A DNA stretch of 64,000 nt from Piedraia hortae CBS 480.64 (Eukaryota), in the NCBI GenBank assembly GCA_010093745.1, contig MU005969.1:62001-126000 (forward strand), written 5' to 3'. Shown piece by piece: positions 36,723 through 48,185 of the stretch. The first letter of the stretch is position 1; each line of letters begins with the position of its first letter. The notes under the pieces were generated by a model. The model searched no databases. It was not told the DNA's origin and worked only from the letters and a program-made list of their open reading frames with translations. Made by a program: the position numbers and the translations under genes.

Positions 36723-38499
36723 GGTTGGAATAGTCTTGGTGGGTTGCTCACGTAGAGGGTTTGGGTATTCTATGGGAATTTCGGATTATGAGAGAAGTGG
36801 ATTAATAGGGAGATGAGGTGGCTGTATGACCGGGTGGAAGCATCTGCATGCGTCTCTTTTGGGGTGGTGAGCCTGCGGGTGGGTGCATCGTACGAGTGCA
36901 TTATAAGTCCCTCTTCTGGCACATCATCAACAAACCTGGCTGACCCTTGTCATCGCATAGATGGGTTCCTATATTGTAAAGGTAACAGAAGGATTCTGTT
37001 CCCCTGGCTCTTTGATGGTTCCAGGGAAGCGTCTGCTGGTGTGCCTTTGGTGTGATGCACGCTCTCGTTGGCAGCCTTGGACAAGGGTATTTTTTCGACT
37101 TGGTGGATCTTCGTACCACTCTTCTATGGAGGCTGGGAAGGATCAAGGGAGGGCTCCCTGTTTTGACGCAGCGACGTGGAGACGTGCTCGCCGCTGCATG
37201 CACTTGGATGTTGTTTGGAAGTGCATACAAAATCTTGGTCCGCCTGATTTATCTCGCAGACACCAAATCCAAGACAACAATGTGAGGTCGTCCAGAAAGC
37301 TGATGTATCTAAGCTCCAGTCTCTCGAAAGTAGCAGAAAGCACAAACTCCCTTTGGTGGGACAATGTTTGCGAGGCTTTCTCGAGATAGTTTTTTGCAGC
37401 AAATCATGTCTTGCTAGAACATATCAAAATTTGATTCATTGAGGTCACCGCGGAGATATGCGCCTTTAAAGTCGATAGTGACTGCATATCAACCTCTTAC
37501 CTCCTTCAGGGCGAGGATCTGGTGGCCCTAAAGGTTGTTGCATTGAATTATTTTGAATTTGGATTCTAATAGTGGAAGAAAGACTCGGCGAGTGGAGTGT
37601 CGTCCTCTGCAAGGAGGGGGCGAGATCCTCTTCCCATGTGCCTGTGTTGGCCTGTGTAGCTGGAGCCACTTCTGGTGGAGGCCTCTAGATGGGAGTCCTG
37701 TTTGTACGTAGTGTCGGAGGGAGTCCACTTCTGAGATAGGTATGCCGGATATGCTCTGTGGTGAAGTACAATATGCAAAGGAAATGTACCCACCAAGCTC
37801 TCTTTAGGTTGTCTTTGAGCCATTCGTCTTGAGGGCAGGGGAAAACTCGGCTTCCAAGATATGCACAATAGGTACTCCCTTTTGTAAGACCTCCAGTGTA
37901 CACCGAAGCGGTTGGTTCTTCAAAGGGAAATGAGTCTGTTTCAACACCCTTCACATCGAGGGCTACCGTTGTGAAAAAGAGAGACCATCGCCGCCTGCTG
38001 ATGGGCTTGTATTGCTCACCGTGACGGCAAGGTGATCTTGTCTTCCCTGAACAGCCTTCATTCTTTGACTTCATATTTCAAGAGGGCGATGGTTTCTAAA
38101 TCCCACTAATATTTCCCACCATTGCTGAGTCCACAAATCTCGTGTTGCAGCTCCTCGGTTGCGGCGGGTGATTTGCATTGGATTAGGGCATATACCTTTT
38201 CGTGGGTTTGGTATTACGTACCGGCGTCCATTCCCACTATCTGCAAAAGTGACTTTTGAACCATGTGCTGCCAAACATTTGTGCAGATCAGTGCACGAGC
38301 GTCACCAGGAACGTCCAGAGAGCGAGCAGAAGACATCATGAGTTCGAGAGGACATGGGACCTGAATGCTTGACGTCCAGATGACAAAAATGTGGGAAATT
38401 TGGGGGTATAATTGATTCCATAGCTGGCAATCTCTTTCAAATTCCCTCTCCCAGTATCAGTCTACCTGCCCATCCCCCCCCATCCTTTGCACCTCTAAA

Positions 38500-39168
38500 T
38501 CAAAACAGCACCCCCTTCGTCGAGCCAATCTCCCCCTCCTTCCCCTTAACCCTCGCACACGCCTTCCTCAGCGCGAGCGCGAGAGCCTTAAATGCACTCT
38601 CCGCCTTATGATGATCATTCTCACCATACAAATTCCTCATATGAATCGTAATCCCCGCCGCCATCGCGAACGAATGGAGACAATGCGGTATCATCTCCGT
38701 CGAAAGATCACCTAACTTCTCCCTCTTCAACCCCAGGTCGATAACAGCGAAAGGTCTGTTCGACAAGTCAACGACAGCTTCCGAGAGTGCCTCGTCGAGG
38801 GGTGCTTTTGCATCCCCGAAGCGGGCAAGTCCCTTGGCGTCTCCTAGAGCGGACTTGAATGCTTGGCCTAGAGCGAGGAAGGAGTCCTCCGCGCTGTGGT
38901 GGTCGTCAATCTGTAGGTCGCCTTGGGTGCGCGCGTAGAGGGTCCAGCCTGCGTGTTTGCTTAGCGCATGCAGCATGTGGTCTAGAAAGCCGATGCCGGT
39001 GTCGATGTCGATGTTTTGAGTCGGGGAGGTTTGGATCGCATGGTGCGCGGAAGGGGAGGGGGTGTATGTGGATGGGATCACGCCGCCGTCGAGACTGAGG
39101 TAGATTGTTACCCGTGTCTCGTGTGTTGAGCGCGAGATTTGGGAGGTGCGGCGTGGTGGGGTTGTCAT
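38500..39168 (-). CDS. HIS3: Imidazoleglycerol-phosphate dehydratase
   Basis: RSTHET, DTGIGFLDHMLHALSKH, GDLQIDDHHSAED, APLDEALS, GENDHHKAESAFKA, STKGVL. Start taken at MTTPPRR. Confidence 0.96.
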   Translation of the reverse strand: MTTPPRRTSQISRSTHETRVTIYLSLDGGVIPSTYTPSPSAHHAIQTSPTQNIDIDTGIGFLDHMLHALSKHAGWTLYARTQGDLQIDDHHSAEDSFLALGQAFKSALGDAKGLARFGDAKAPLDEALSEAVVDLSNRPFAVIDLGLKREKLGDLSTEMIPHCLHSFAMAAGITIHMRNLYGENDHHKAESAFKALALALRKACARVKGKEGEIGSTKGVLF

Positions 39169-39297
39169 TGCAGATGGTGGGCGTGGAATTAGAATCCTTC
39201 GTCGGCGGCGTCGGATCATATTGACGTTTGATGTGTTGGTGGGGTTCGAGATTTTTTTTGATACGCAGATTACATACAACTTTAAAGTCAGATTATC

Positions 39298-39810
39298 ATG
39301 CCGCAAGACGTGGAAATGGAAGATGTGGCTGCGGCCGCCGATGCTACTACTGCTGCTGCTGCGGCACTGCCTAAGAAACAGAATTTGCGCTTGGTGAGCT
39401 TTTTGCCGCATTGTAAAGCGACAAAGACTAATACACCCCCGCTAGCTCCCGGGTTCTACTGAAACTGCGGCTTCGTGGGAGTTTGCAAAGGAATCGCATA
39501 CCCTCGGAAATGCCCTTAATTATGTTGTTTCCAAAAAGTATTACATCCCACAAAACATCTCGGGCAGACATCTAACATCTCAACAGCCCAGATGTCCAGT
39601 TCAGCGCCTACACGATCCCCCATCCGTCAGAGAATGTCATGAACCTGCGCATTCAAACCTATGGTCAGTATGCCACCAACCTCGTTACCAAACAAAACTG
39701 ACAGAGCAGACGGAGTAAGCGCGGCCTCGGTTCTACGCAAGGGTCTTGCCGACTTGCAGGAATTGTGTGATGTCGTCGAGGATAAGTTCAAGGCTGCTGC
39801 CAAGGTGTAG
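39298..39810 (+). CDS. RPC19: RNA polymerase I/III shared subunit AC19
   Basis: Absent from the ORF track. Spliced: MPQDVEMED...LRL/LPGSTETAASWEFAKESHTLGNALNYVVSKN/PDVQFSAYTIPHPSENVMNLRIQTY/DGVSAASVLRKGLADLQELCDVVEDKF. Introns 39394-39445, 39538-39586 and 39664-39709. Confidence 0.93.
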
Positions 39811-39896
39811 ATTTAATGCTGCTTCATATGATACCCACATTGCGAAAAAAAAATAAAAATTGGCATTTGACTATTGCCGTGCTCTGTACAGAAAAC

Positions 39897-40420
39897 TCAA
39901 TTCCTCCCCTGAACAAACGCCTCCATAAAACTCTTCGGAAGCTGTGCCTTGGGGTCTTCGTCCTCGCGAAAGTACTTTAAAACGTGCGTCAGCTGTTTCC
40001 AGTAGTTGAGAGTTTCCTTTAAAGTCAGCAACGATTTGGTGTACTGAAAGGCTCGGCATACTTGGAATTCCTGTTGGCTCTTGGCGAGCAGTACGTCGAC
40101 CGTTGATAGTTGCGAAACAAAGCGATGTCGTTCAAACTGCTGTCGGACCTTATTGCGTATGGCCGATACGGGCATGTTCAGCGAGTACATTGTCTGGATC
40201 TCGGGCGACTGTCGCCAAGTTAGCTCCCACTGTCCTTCCTCTCCCCTCTTATGTCCAGACATACAGCGCGGTACCACCCCCGGTAGGCATGAATGACTCT
40301 CCGCTTCGCATCGTTCCAGTTTGTCGCTGCAAAAACACCCCATCAGCTCCAAAGTCTCTTCTCCAACGGCCATAACCTACAGCTGCGCGTCCGCTGCGCG
40401 AGATACGTCGGGTTGATCAT
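39897..40420 (-). CDS. NDUFA6: Complex I LYR subunit B14/NDUFA6
   Basis: MINPTYLAQRTRS/STNWNDAKRRVIHAYRGWYRA/SPEIQTMYSL...IRNKVRQQFERHRFV...EFQ/ETLNYWKQLTHVLKYF...FVQGRN*. Introns 40327-40380, 40209-40264 and 40017-40061. Confidence 0.92.
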
Positions 40421-40611
40421 GGTCAATTCATCGATTAGAGAGGTGCGGTCGGGCGTCCTAAATTGGAGAGTCACGTGATACACACGATGTACGAAAATGT
40501 ACGTGATTAACGCACTCTACTGCTACCACCGAGGCGGCACCCGCCCGCGGCCGTCCAACGCCTACGGGGCAATGCATCGCTGCGTAAACTCATCATAACG
40601 CTCGTTTTCCG

Positions 40612-42043
40612 TCAGTCCAACCGTGCCATCATCTGGTCCTTGCTTAATGGCTTCAATGTTTCGATGTCTAGGCCTTTTGCCGCCAATACAGGCCGCATGT
40701 GCGGCGGAACAAGAAGGTGATTGACTTCTGGTCGAATGGATAACTCTGCTTTAAGATTAGTCCAGCTCTCTTAGCAAAATTCAGAACACTGACCATGATG
40801 CGAAAAATCAAAAAGGTTGGGCATCTCTCGTGGGCTGCCGCTCGAATCGCGTGAATCGGGCAGTCGGATATCTGGATTGCGTAGCTCGTCAAAGAAGGGA
40901 TGGATCATGGCATCGATTGCCGACAAACGCTGCGTGGGCTTGTACTCCAGCAACTTCGAGAAGAGATCAAGGGCATTGTTATCCGCTCTGCGAAACACCT
41001 TGCTAAACGGATGAGGCCTGATCTGAGGGAACTTGTGTTCCATGTAGTTTGGGTTCATTGTTCGGATCTGATCCCGCGTCGGTGTTCCCAGTACCTTGAT
41101 GATCTCGACCAGTTGATCGATGCCCGACTCGCCCGGAAACAGAGGTTGCCCCAACATCAGCTCTGCCATGACGCAACCTGTTGACCAGACATCTGCAAAC
41201 GTCAGCGTATGGACTACAAATTGGGAAAAAGACCTTACCGATCTTTGTTGTGTAATTCGTAGCGCCGAAGATCAATTCGGGGGCCCGGTAGTACCGCGAG
41301 CAAATGTACGACACGTTGGGTTCGTTCTCAATCAGAATCTTGGCACTACCAAAATCACACAGCTTGAGAACGCCCGTCGTGGGGTCGAGCAGTAGGTTCT
41401 GAGGTTTGATGTCTCGGTGACAAATGCCCTGGGAATGAATGTAGGCGAGGGAACGGAACAGCTGGTAAATGTAAAGCTTGATTTCCAGGATGGGCATCGT
41501 CGTTTTGAGCTTATTGAAATGTCGCGAGGCGCGGTACACTGTTTCCGGCACGAATTCGAGAACGAGATTCAGGTAGACTTCATCTTTCTGCACATCCGTC
41601 AGAACAGTATGCACACCCATGGCATTGTCTGACCTACCCTGTCACCATTCGAGTAGTAAAAGGCTTTCAGTTCAACAATATTCGGGTGCCGCACAATGCG
41701 CATGATTTGCAACTCGCGATTCTAGTCCCGTCAGTGCTGGAGTGCCAATGCATACGCCGTGACTGACCTTGAAGCGCTTGTCTTGCAAAACACGCTTGAT
41801 GGCCGCATCCTCGCCCGACGGCGAAAGTTTTGTCTGGAAGACGACGCCAAAAGATCCATTGCCGACGACTTTACATTGTGTATATTGCATCTCTTTTGTC
41901 TCGCCCGTGAGTCCATCTTGGACCTTTTCACGGATGACCTCTGTTCAAGTCAGCGTTCGTGCATGGATTTGTGGGGAGGGGCACTGAGGCAACTTACCGC
42001 CCATTCGCAGGCTGGAGAAGGGAGACGGCCGATTTTGCGACAT
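40612..42043 (-). CDS. GSK3: Glycogen synthase kinase-3 homolog
   Basis: [67 protein letters not shown]. Introns 41941-41997, 41722-41767, 41588-41637, 41193-41238 and 40746-40793. Confidence 0.97.
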
Positions 42044-42776
42044 GGCTGGGAATTGCACGGGTAGAAGAGGGAATCAGCGCGGCTTCTGGAAGGGCGGTTG
42101 GAGGGGTAGCGAAGATTGGAACGAGATTGGGGTGTGGTGAATGCGACGCGGGGCGGGGGTCAGGTGACAGTGGTGGTCATGAAGGGGTGGTCCCCCCCTC
42201 CAAAAAGCGTGACAGGAGGGGCGGATGGGGCCCCGGTGCTCCGGGGAGTTGTCAAGGTGCTGTAGCAGCAACTTGCGAACTAAACTAATACCACAGATCG
42301 CCTCAACACGATATGCAAGACAGATAACACTCGGACGGCGTGACTTTCCGATGTTCCCCTTTTCATTAGTCGGCCAATTAATTTGATTGGCTAGAACGGA
42401 GAATTCCCGCAGTCTTTCCATACCACCCCCATATTGCTATATGCTACTTGAGCAGGCAATAACGTGTGGCGTCAAACATGGTTGTGGGTAATGAATACCA
42501 GTAGCAGGAACCACCATGTCATCAGTTCTGTTTGAACCGCACGGTCAGGGCCGCGAACATGGCGTGATGTACTGTAATAGAAACAGCGAGCAGTTGGGAT
42601 CAATTGACCGTAATCTGACTACACTGCCATCGATTCGAGAGGGCATGACCGCTGGAGTGTGGTTTCAGTTTGGTCATCAAAGGCCAGGCAGGCACTCCCT
42701 ATGCGGACTCTGTGTATGCAATCTATCGTATCATTAACCTCCTCCTATCATACAAGACCTTCATCGTACATCGTCT

Positions 42777-44750
42777 TCATGTGACCGTAAGCCTCTGCCG
42801 CGTACGAATGTGTGCCAGAAGCAGCAACGTGCCTGATGGCGTCATGCCCTCAATGCGTCTTGCTTGTCCCAGCGACTCCGGCCGCGTGGCTTTCAGCACT
42901 TGACGTTCCTCCCAGCTAAGGCCCACCACGGCCTCATAATCCAGGTCTGGGGCTATTAAGAGCTTCTCATCTCGGGCCAAAGCAGCTACCGATGCCCCCT
43001 GACGCGAAACCAGGGCCGCGTATGCCCCATCTAGGTCCACTCGCGCGCGTATGCGCTCGGGAAATTGACCAATGGCAGGAATGATAGATCTTAAAGTCTC
43101 GGTAGAGATATCAGAGTGTCGCAGCAGCTCAAAAGCGTCTGAACGGGTCGAGTCAAGCCTCATGGCTACGCCAGACTTGATCCAGCCATGCGAGCTTTTC
43201 TTTTCCCCTCGAAGAAGTGACATTAGCTGGTCCATTTGTTCCTTTTCATCACAAAAAACCCGCCAACGTCTGTCGCCCACCGCACCAGCGGCTCGTCCTA
43301 GTGCCGTCAGTCGAATATCTGCGTTGTCCGCCCGCGTTGAAAGCCGATACTCGCTGCGACTGGTGAACATGCGGTATGGCTCACTCACGCCTTTGGTGAC
43401 CAAATCATCGATCATGATGCCAATGTACCCATCTGCTCGGGAAATGGTGAATGGAGATCGACCGACGGCGGCATTTCCAGCATTAATCCCGGCAACAACT
43501 CCTTGCGCAGCTGCTTCCTCGTAACCGGTTGTGCCATTTATTTGACCTGCTAGATAGAGACCATTAATCTGCTTCGTCTCCAATGTACTCTTAAGGGCTC
43601 GGGGATCGACATAGTCATACTCCACACCATACCCTGGTTGGATCATCTTTGCGTTTTCCAAGCCGTCAATGGTTTTCAGCATCGCTTCTTGTACCTCTGC
43701 CGGGACAGTCATGCTAATGCCGTTGGGGTAGATGACTTGGCTATCGAATCCTTCCGGCTCGAGCCAAATTAGGTGCTCGGACTTTGCTGGAAACCTGATG
43801 ACCTTACTTTCCAGCGAAGGGCAATATCGTGGACCCTTGACCTCTTCGCGAATATGAATACTCTGATTCAGGTTCGCTCGAATAATGTCGTGCGTACGAG
43901 GATTGGTATAGGTGCTCCAGCAGCGAAGTTGTTCCTCAACACTGACTTTCTCATTGAGGTAAGAGAAGGGAGCTGGCGGCTCATCACCGGCTTGTATTGG
44001 AAGCTTTGCAAAATCGATCGTGTTCTTGTCTAGCCTCGGCGGTGTACCGGTTTTCAAACGTCCCAGCTGGAAACCCGCATCCCTGAGTGACTGTGAGAGC
44101 CCCGTGGTAGCGGCTTCGCCCAAGCGCCCAGCAGGGAACGATTTCAGCCCGATGTGTATCTCTCCTCTGAGAAATGTGCCCGTCGTTATGATAACATTCT
44201 GCGTCTGAATGACCTCTCCAGTTTCGAGACGCACACCAACGATTTTGCCATGTCTGTCGTGTGATGTTTCTGGGTCAGACTTATCGATCACAATATCTGC
44301 TACTTTGCCTAGTTGCACTTGTAATCCTGGATATGATAACATTTCCTCGCGCATGTGTTTCTTGTACAAGCCCCGATCAATCTGGGCTCGAGGGCCCCAT
44401 ACCGCTGGTCCCTTTTTGCGATTTAAGATTCTGAAATGCACTCCTGCCTTGTCTGTGATGCGACCAACAAGCCCGTCCAGAGCATCGATTTCGCGCATCA
44501 TCGTTCCCTTGCCAATCCCGCCAAACGACGGATTGCAACTACATACTCCCAAGTTGTCATAAGAGGGAGTGATTAGTTTGGTTCGCGCGCCCGTACGCGC
44601 AGCAGCGGCCGAGGCCTCGCAACCGGCATGGCCTCCTCCGATGACGACTACGTCTACTGGAAGTGCGCATGACGCACTCGACGCTTGTCGCAGAGCTCTG
44701 ACTGAGCATACGCGCGGACAGAGCAGGCGCGTGCGTGCTGCAAGAGCCAT
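42777..44750 (-). CDS. MTO1: Mitochondrial tRNA modification enzyme Mto1 (GidA/MnmG)
   Basis: [76 protein letters not shown]. Confidence 0.96.
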   Translation of the reverse strand: MALAARTRLLCPRVCSVRALRQASSASCALPVDVVVIGGGHAGCEASAAAARTGARTKLITPSYDNLGVCSCNPSFGGIGKGTMMREIDALDGLVGRITDKAGVHFRILNRKKGPAVWGPRAQIDRGLYKKHMREEMLSYPGLQVQLGKVADIVIDKSDPETSHDRHGKIVGVRLETGEVIQTQNVIITTGTFLRGEIHIGLKSFPAGRLGEAATTGLSQSLRDAGFQLGRLKTGTPPRLDKNTIDFAKLPIQAGDEPPAPFSYLNEKVSVEEQLRCWSTYTNPRTHDIIRANLNQSIHIREEVKGPRYCPSLESKVIRFPAKSEHLIWLEPEGFDSQVIYPNGISMTVPAEVQEAMLKTIDGLENAKMIQPGYGVEYDYVDPRALKSTLETKQINGLYLAGQINGTTGYEEAAAQGVVAGINAGNAAVGRSPFTISRADGYIGIMIDDLVTKGVSEPYRMFTSRSEYRLSTRADNADIRLTALGRAAGAVGDRRWRVFCDEKEQMDQLMSLLRGEKKSSHGWIKSGVAMRLDSTRSDAFELLRHSDISTETLRSIIPAIGQFPERIRARVDLDGAYAALVSRQGASVAALARDEKLLIAPDLDYEAVVGLSWEERQVLKATRPESLGQARRIEGMTPSGTLLLLAHIRTRQRLTVT

Positions 44751-44882
44751 TTTTGCGGGTAAAAATTCCATTTCCCAAAACGGCAAGAGACAGTTTGATA
44801 GCCGCTGGTCACAACACGAGCGACTCAGCCCCCAGCACTCGCCAGTTGGCCTGATGCTTGTGTAACATGCGGCAAAGAGATC

Positions 44883-47237
44883 ATGTTTGATGTCTGCTGT
44901 CGCTGTCTATCGTTAGCGCTCTTTTTCGTCATCAGTTCGGCTCTGTCTGCTGCACAGTTGGGCTCTGTGGAAACGCCAAGACTCGAAACTTGTGCGCGAA
45001 ACCCAGATATCTACCTAACTCGCCTACCGCAGCAATGCTTGCGCACAGAACGGCCCCGCTCCGCCGATTCCGCAAGCCAGGTTGAGCTGACAATTCTCAC
45101 GCATCAGACTCTCTCATCGCAAAATCTATCATTACTGCAGAGCCCTACAAACAGCGAGGCTACAAGTACGCAAGGACTAATCACAACCTCTGTTGCTGTG
45201 ACTTCTGCCGCAAACTCATCCGCAGAACCTTCTAATCCCAACGAACCGGAAGCCGAACCCGACTCGCCGCTGGACGTTGCCCATTTCCTCTCGTTTGAAG
45301 AATGGAAGAAGCAGAATCTGGCAAAAGCTGGTCAGTCACCCGAACACATCGGCCAAGCTCGTCCGCAAGCGAGTGGGAAGCGTCAGAGACCTGATCTTAA
45401 TGCTCTTGAATCGCTGGGAGATGAAAGCGAGATCAATCTCGACTTCTCGTTTGGAAGTGCAGATCCTCTTCAGCCGAGTGTATCCCCTATCAAAACAGAC
45501 GAGTCACCTTCCACCGGACTCACTCCAAGGTCCAAAGACGCAGGCAAAACATGCAAAGAGCGAACCAATTATGCATCCTTTGACTGTGCTGCGACGGTGC
45601 TTAAAACCAATCCCGAGTGCAAGCATGCTTCATCCGTGCTTATTGAGAACAAGGACAGTTATATGCTCAACACCTGCTCCGCTCCCAACAAGTTCTTCAT
45701 TGTGGAGCTTTGCAACGATATCCTGATCGATACCATTGTGTTGGCGAACTACGAGTTCTTCAGCTCCATCTTCCGGCACTTTCGTATCTCTGTCTCGGAC
45801 CGCTATCCAGTCAAGCTAGACAAGTGGAAAGACTTGGGCACCTTTGAGGCCAAGAACACACGGGAGGTGCAGGCATTTCTAGTGGAAAATCCTCTGATAT
45901 GGGCTCGTTATCTGCGCATCGAGTTTCTTTCGCATTTTGGCAACGAATACTACTGCCCTCTGAGCTTGCTGCGTGTCCACGGTACGACCATGATGCAGGA
46001 GTTCCGACACCAAGAAGAGCTGGCTCGAGGAGAGAACCCAGATGATGACCCGACGTTGACTGCAGAAGCGTCTCCTGCTCCGCCGGTGGAACCAGCGGTT
46101 TCCGACGCAATCAAAAATAGCCAATCCATTATCGAACCTGCCCCTGAGGACACGCACACGCCAGCTCAAATAAAACCAACATCCTCTAGTGAGACGGCAA
46201 GTGTCAGCAGCGATGAACCCAAGAGTCCAGAAACGGCCCATGTGGCATTCGCTGCAGCGTCGACATGTCCTCGACTGGACAATCCTCTTGCTTATTGGCG
46301 GGAAGCCGTAGGCTCCACCGCTTCAGCATCTTCAAGGTCATCTGCTTCGGCGACCAGCGGTCCAACTAAGGACTCGGTAACTCCCACGAGCACTCAAACA
46401 ACTTTCCTCGAAGCGAAGACCCAGTCATCCCGCCCTACATCTCCCAATCCTCCTGTAGTTACAACAGCATCACCAATCCGATCTGCCGACGACATCAACC
46501 ACAGCCAACGAAGCACAGCATCTACATTCATCGCCTCCGCCCAACCGCCCACCCAAGAATCCTTCTTCAAATCAATCCACAAGCGCCTCCAGCAGCTCGA
46601 AAGCAACAGCACGCTCAGCCTCCAATACATCGAAGAGCAATCCCGTCTCCTACGCGACGCATTCACCAAAGTTGAAAAGCGCCAGGTCGCATCCGCCTCA
46701 AAATTCCTCTCGCGACTAAACGAAACCATCCTCGCAGAACTCAACGGGTTCCGCCAAGCCTACGACCAACTCCTACGAACCACCGTCGTCGAGGTCGAAA
46801 GCCAGCAGGAGCAATACCGCCGCGAACTCCTCGCTTTAAACAACAGACTAACCCTCGTTGCTGATGAGCTGCTTTGGCAGGAACGAATGGGGGTTATTCA
46901 GTCGACTCTTCTCCTCCTCTGTCTCGGTCTGGTACTCTTCTCCCGCCAGGCGGCGGGTGGGGTGGAAGTTCCCTTTGCGCAGCAGATTATTCTTAAATCG
47001 CAGGCTGCGTTACGGACGGCGGGATGGGATAGTGATGGTAGCCCGTCCTCGCCTTTGTCTGCGTTTAGGTTGAGGAGGGGGACGAATCCTTCTGTTGCGT
47101 CGGGATCGGAGGAGCATGTGTCTGAGGATGAAGGGTCGGAGGAGGGGTCAGTGTTGGGTACGCAGAGTGGACCGGCGACGCCGAGTGGGAGCGTAGCGGG
47201 TTTGAAGAGGATTGATACCACTGGGGTGGAGATATGA
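44883..47237 (+). CDS. SLP1: Mid-SUN-domain ER membrane protein Slp1
   Basis: Signal peptide, [95 protein letters not shown]-terminal TM. Confidence 0.92.
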   Translation: MFDVCCRCLSLALFFVISSALSAAQLGSVETPRLETCARNPDIYLTRLPQQCLRTERPRSADSASQVELTILTHQTLSSQNLSLLQSPTNSEATSTQGLITTSVAVTSAANSSAEPSNPNEPEAEPDSPLDVAHFLSFEEWKKQNLAKAGQSPEHIGQARPQASGKRQRPDLNALESLGDESEINLDFSFGSADPLQPSVSPIKTDESPSTGLTPRSKDAGKTCKERTNYASFDCAATVLKTNPECKHASSVLIENKDSYMLNTCSAPNKFFIVELCNDILIDTIVLANYEFFSSIFRHFRISVSDRYPVKLDKWKDLGTFEAKNTREVQAFLVENPLIWARYLRIEFLSHFGNEYYCPLSLLRVHGTTMMQEFRHQEELARGENPDDDPTLTAEASPAPPVEPAVSDAIKNSQSIIEPAPEDTHTPAQIKPTSSSETASVSSDEPKSPETAHVAFAAASTCPRLDNPLAYWREAVGSTASASSRSSASATSGPTKDSVTPTSTQTTFLEAKTQSSRPTSPNPPVVTTASPIRSADDINHSQRSTASTFIASAQPPTQESFFKSIHKRLQQLESNSTLSLQYIEEQSRLLRDAFTKVEKRQVASASKFLSRLNETILAELNGFRQAYDQLLRTTVVEVESQQEQYRRELLALNNRLTLVADELLWQERMGVIQSTLLLLCLGLVLFSRQAAGGVEVPFAQQIILKSQAALRTAGWDSDGSPSSPLSAFRLRRGTNPSVASGSEEHVSEDEGSEEGSVLGTQSGPATPSGSVAGLKRIDTTGVEI

Positions 47238-47264
47238 TGGTATGGAGTAGAGGATGGAAATAGT

Positions 47265-47798
47265 TTAATCAGTACTAGCACAACCACGACACCCACAATT
47301 TACGCATTCGATATCGCCCTGACCCTCGCCCAGCTGAGCTCGTGGAACCCGACAGATGCAAGTGCTGTTGAAGCTCGTCTCTTTGGGTTGGATGCAGCGG
47401 AGGCAGCAGAGCTGATCCCAAGGGTCAGCACACCAAACTTCAAGACAAAGGGGTGGGCATTACCTTTTCATAACCCTGTTTCTTCCACTTGGCAATCAAC
47501 AAAGCATCAGCATAGTTATTCTTCAGTAACCAGTCGTACAGCTCTTTCGATATCGCTTCTTTTTCGTAGTAGAGTTCGTAGATGTACCTTGAACCTAAAC
47601 CATGTTAGCGGGTTTAGGCTGAACCCCCAGGGTGGATATACGTTGATGGGAGATTTGAAAGATGGGCCATTGGGCTTCGTGTTTTCGTTTGCCTTCGTCG
47701 GTGGATTGCTCGGCATCTTTCATTCGGGCTTGGAATTCGAGGAGGGTATCTTCGATGTCTTCGTAGCCTGCTGGAGGCTTGGATTTGGGTTTGGGCAT
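47265..47798 (-). CDS. BUD31: Splicing factor Bud31/G10 (Cwf14)
   Basis: WPIFQISHQ/RSRYIYELYYEKEAISKELYDWLL...LIAKWKKQGYEK/LCCLRCIQ...CICRVP...CVNCGCRGCASTD*. Introns 47595-47641 and 47412-47463. Confidence 0.96.
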
Positions 47799-48185
47799 TT
47801 TCGAATTTCTAGATTTTGGATCCTGTGCAGTTTGGATCTTCTGAGATTTGTGCGGCTTGAGGATTTCTATCTGGCTATTTCTGATGGTGTCATAGACTGG
47901 CTCGGGCCGATCCGATGTTGCGCACTCGCATGAACTGACAGCCCTGCCTTCGACGGGATACCTTGTGGCACACGAGAACTCGATACCAGAAGTACAGACC
48001 TAAAAAATTACACAAGTTGCTTAACTAGATGGAGAGAGTTGTGTCTGTCAGGTTTCACGCTCCACAATGTGGAGAGCGCTAGTACTTAAGTAGTTTAGCT
48101 TGAGGCGCGGGGAAACTCCGGTCCGCAGCCCTACGGCACCGCGTCAGGAAATGCGCGCAAACTACACGCGCAATCCAACATCAAC

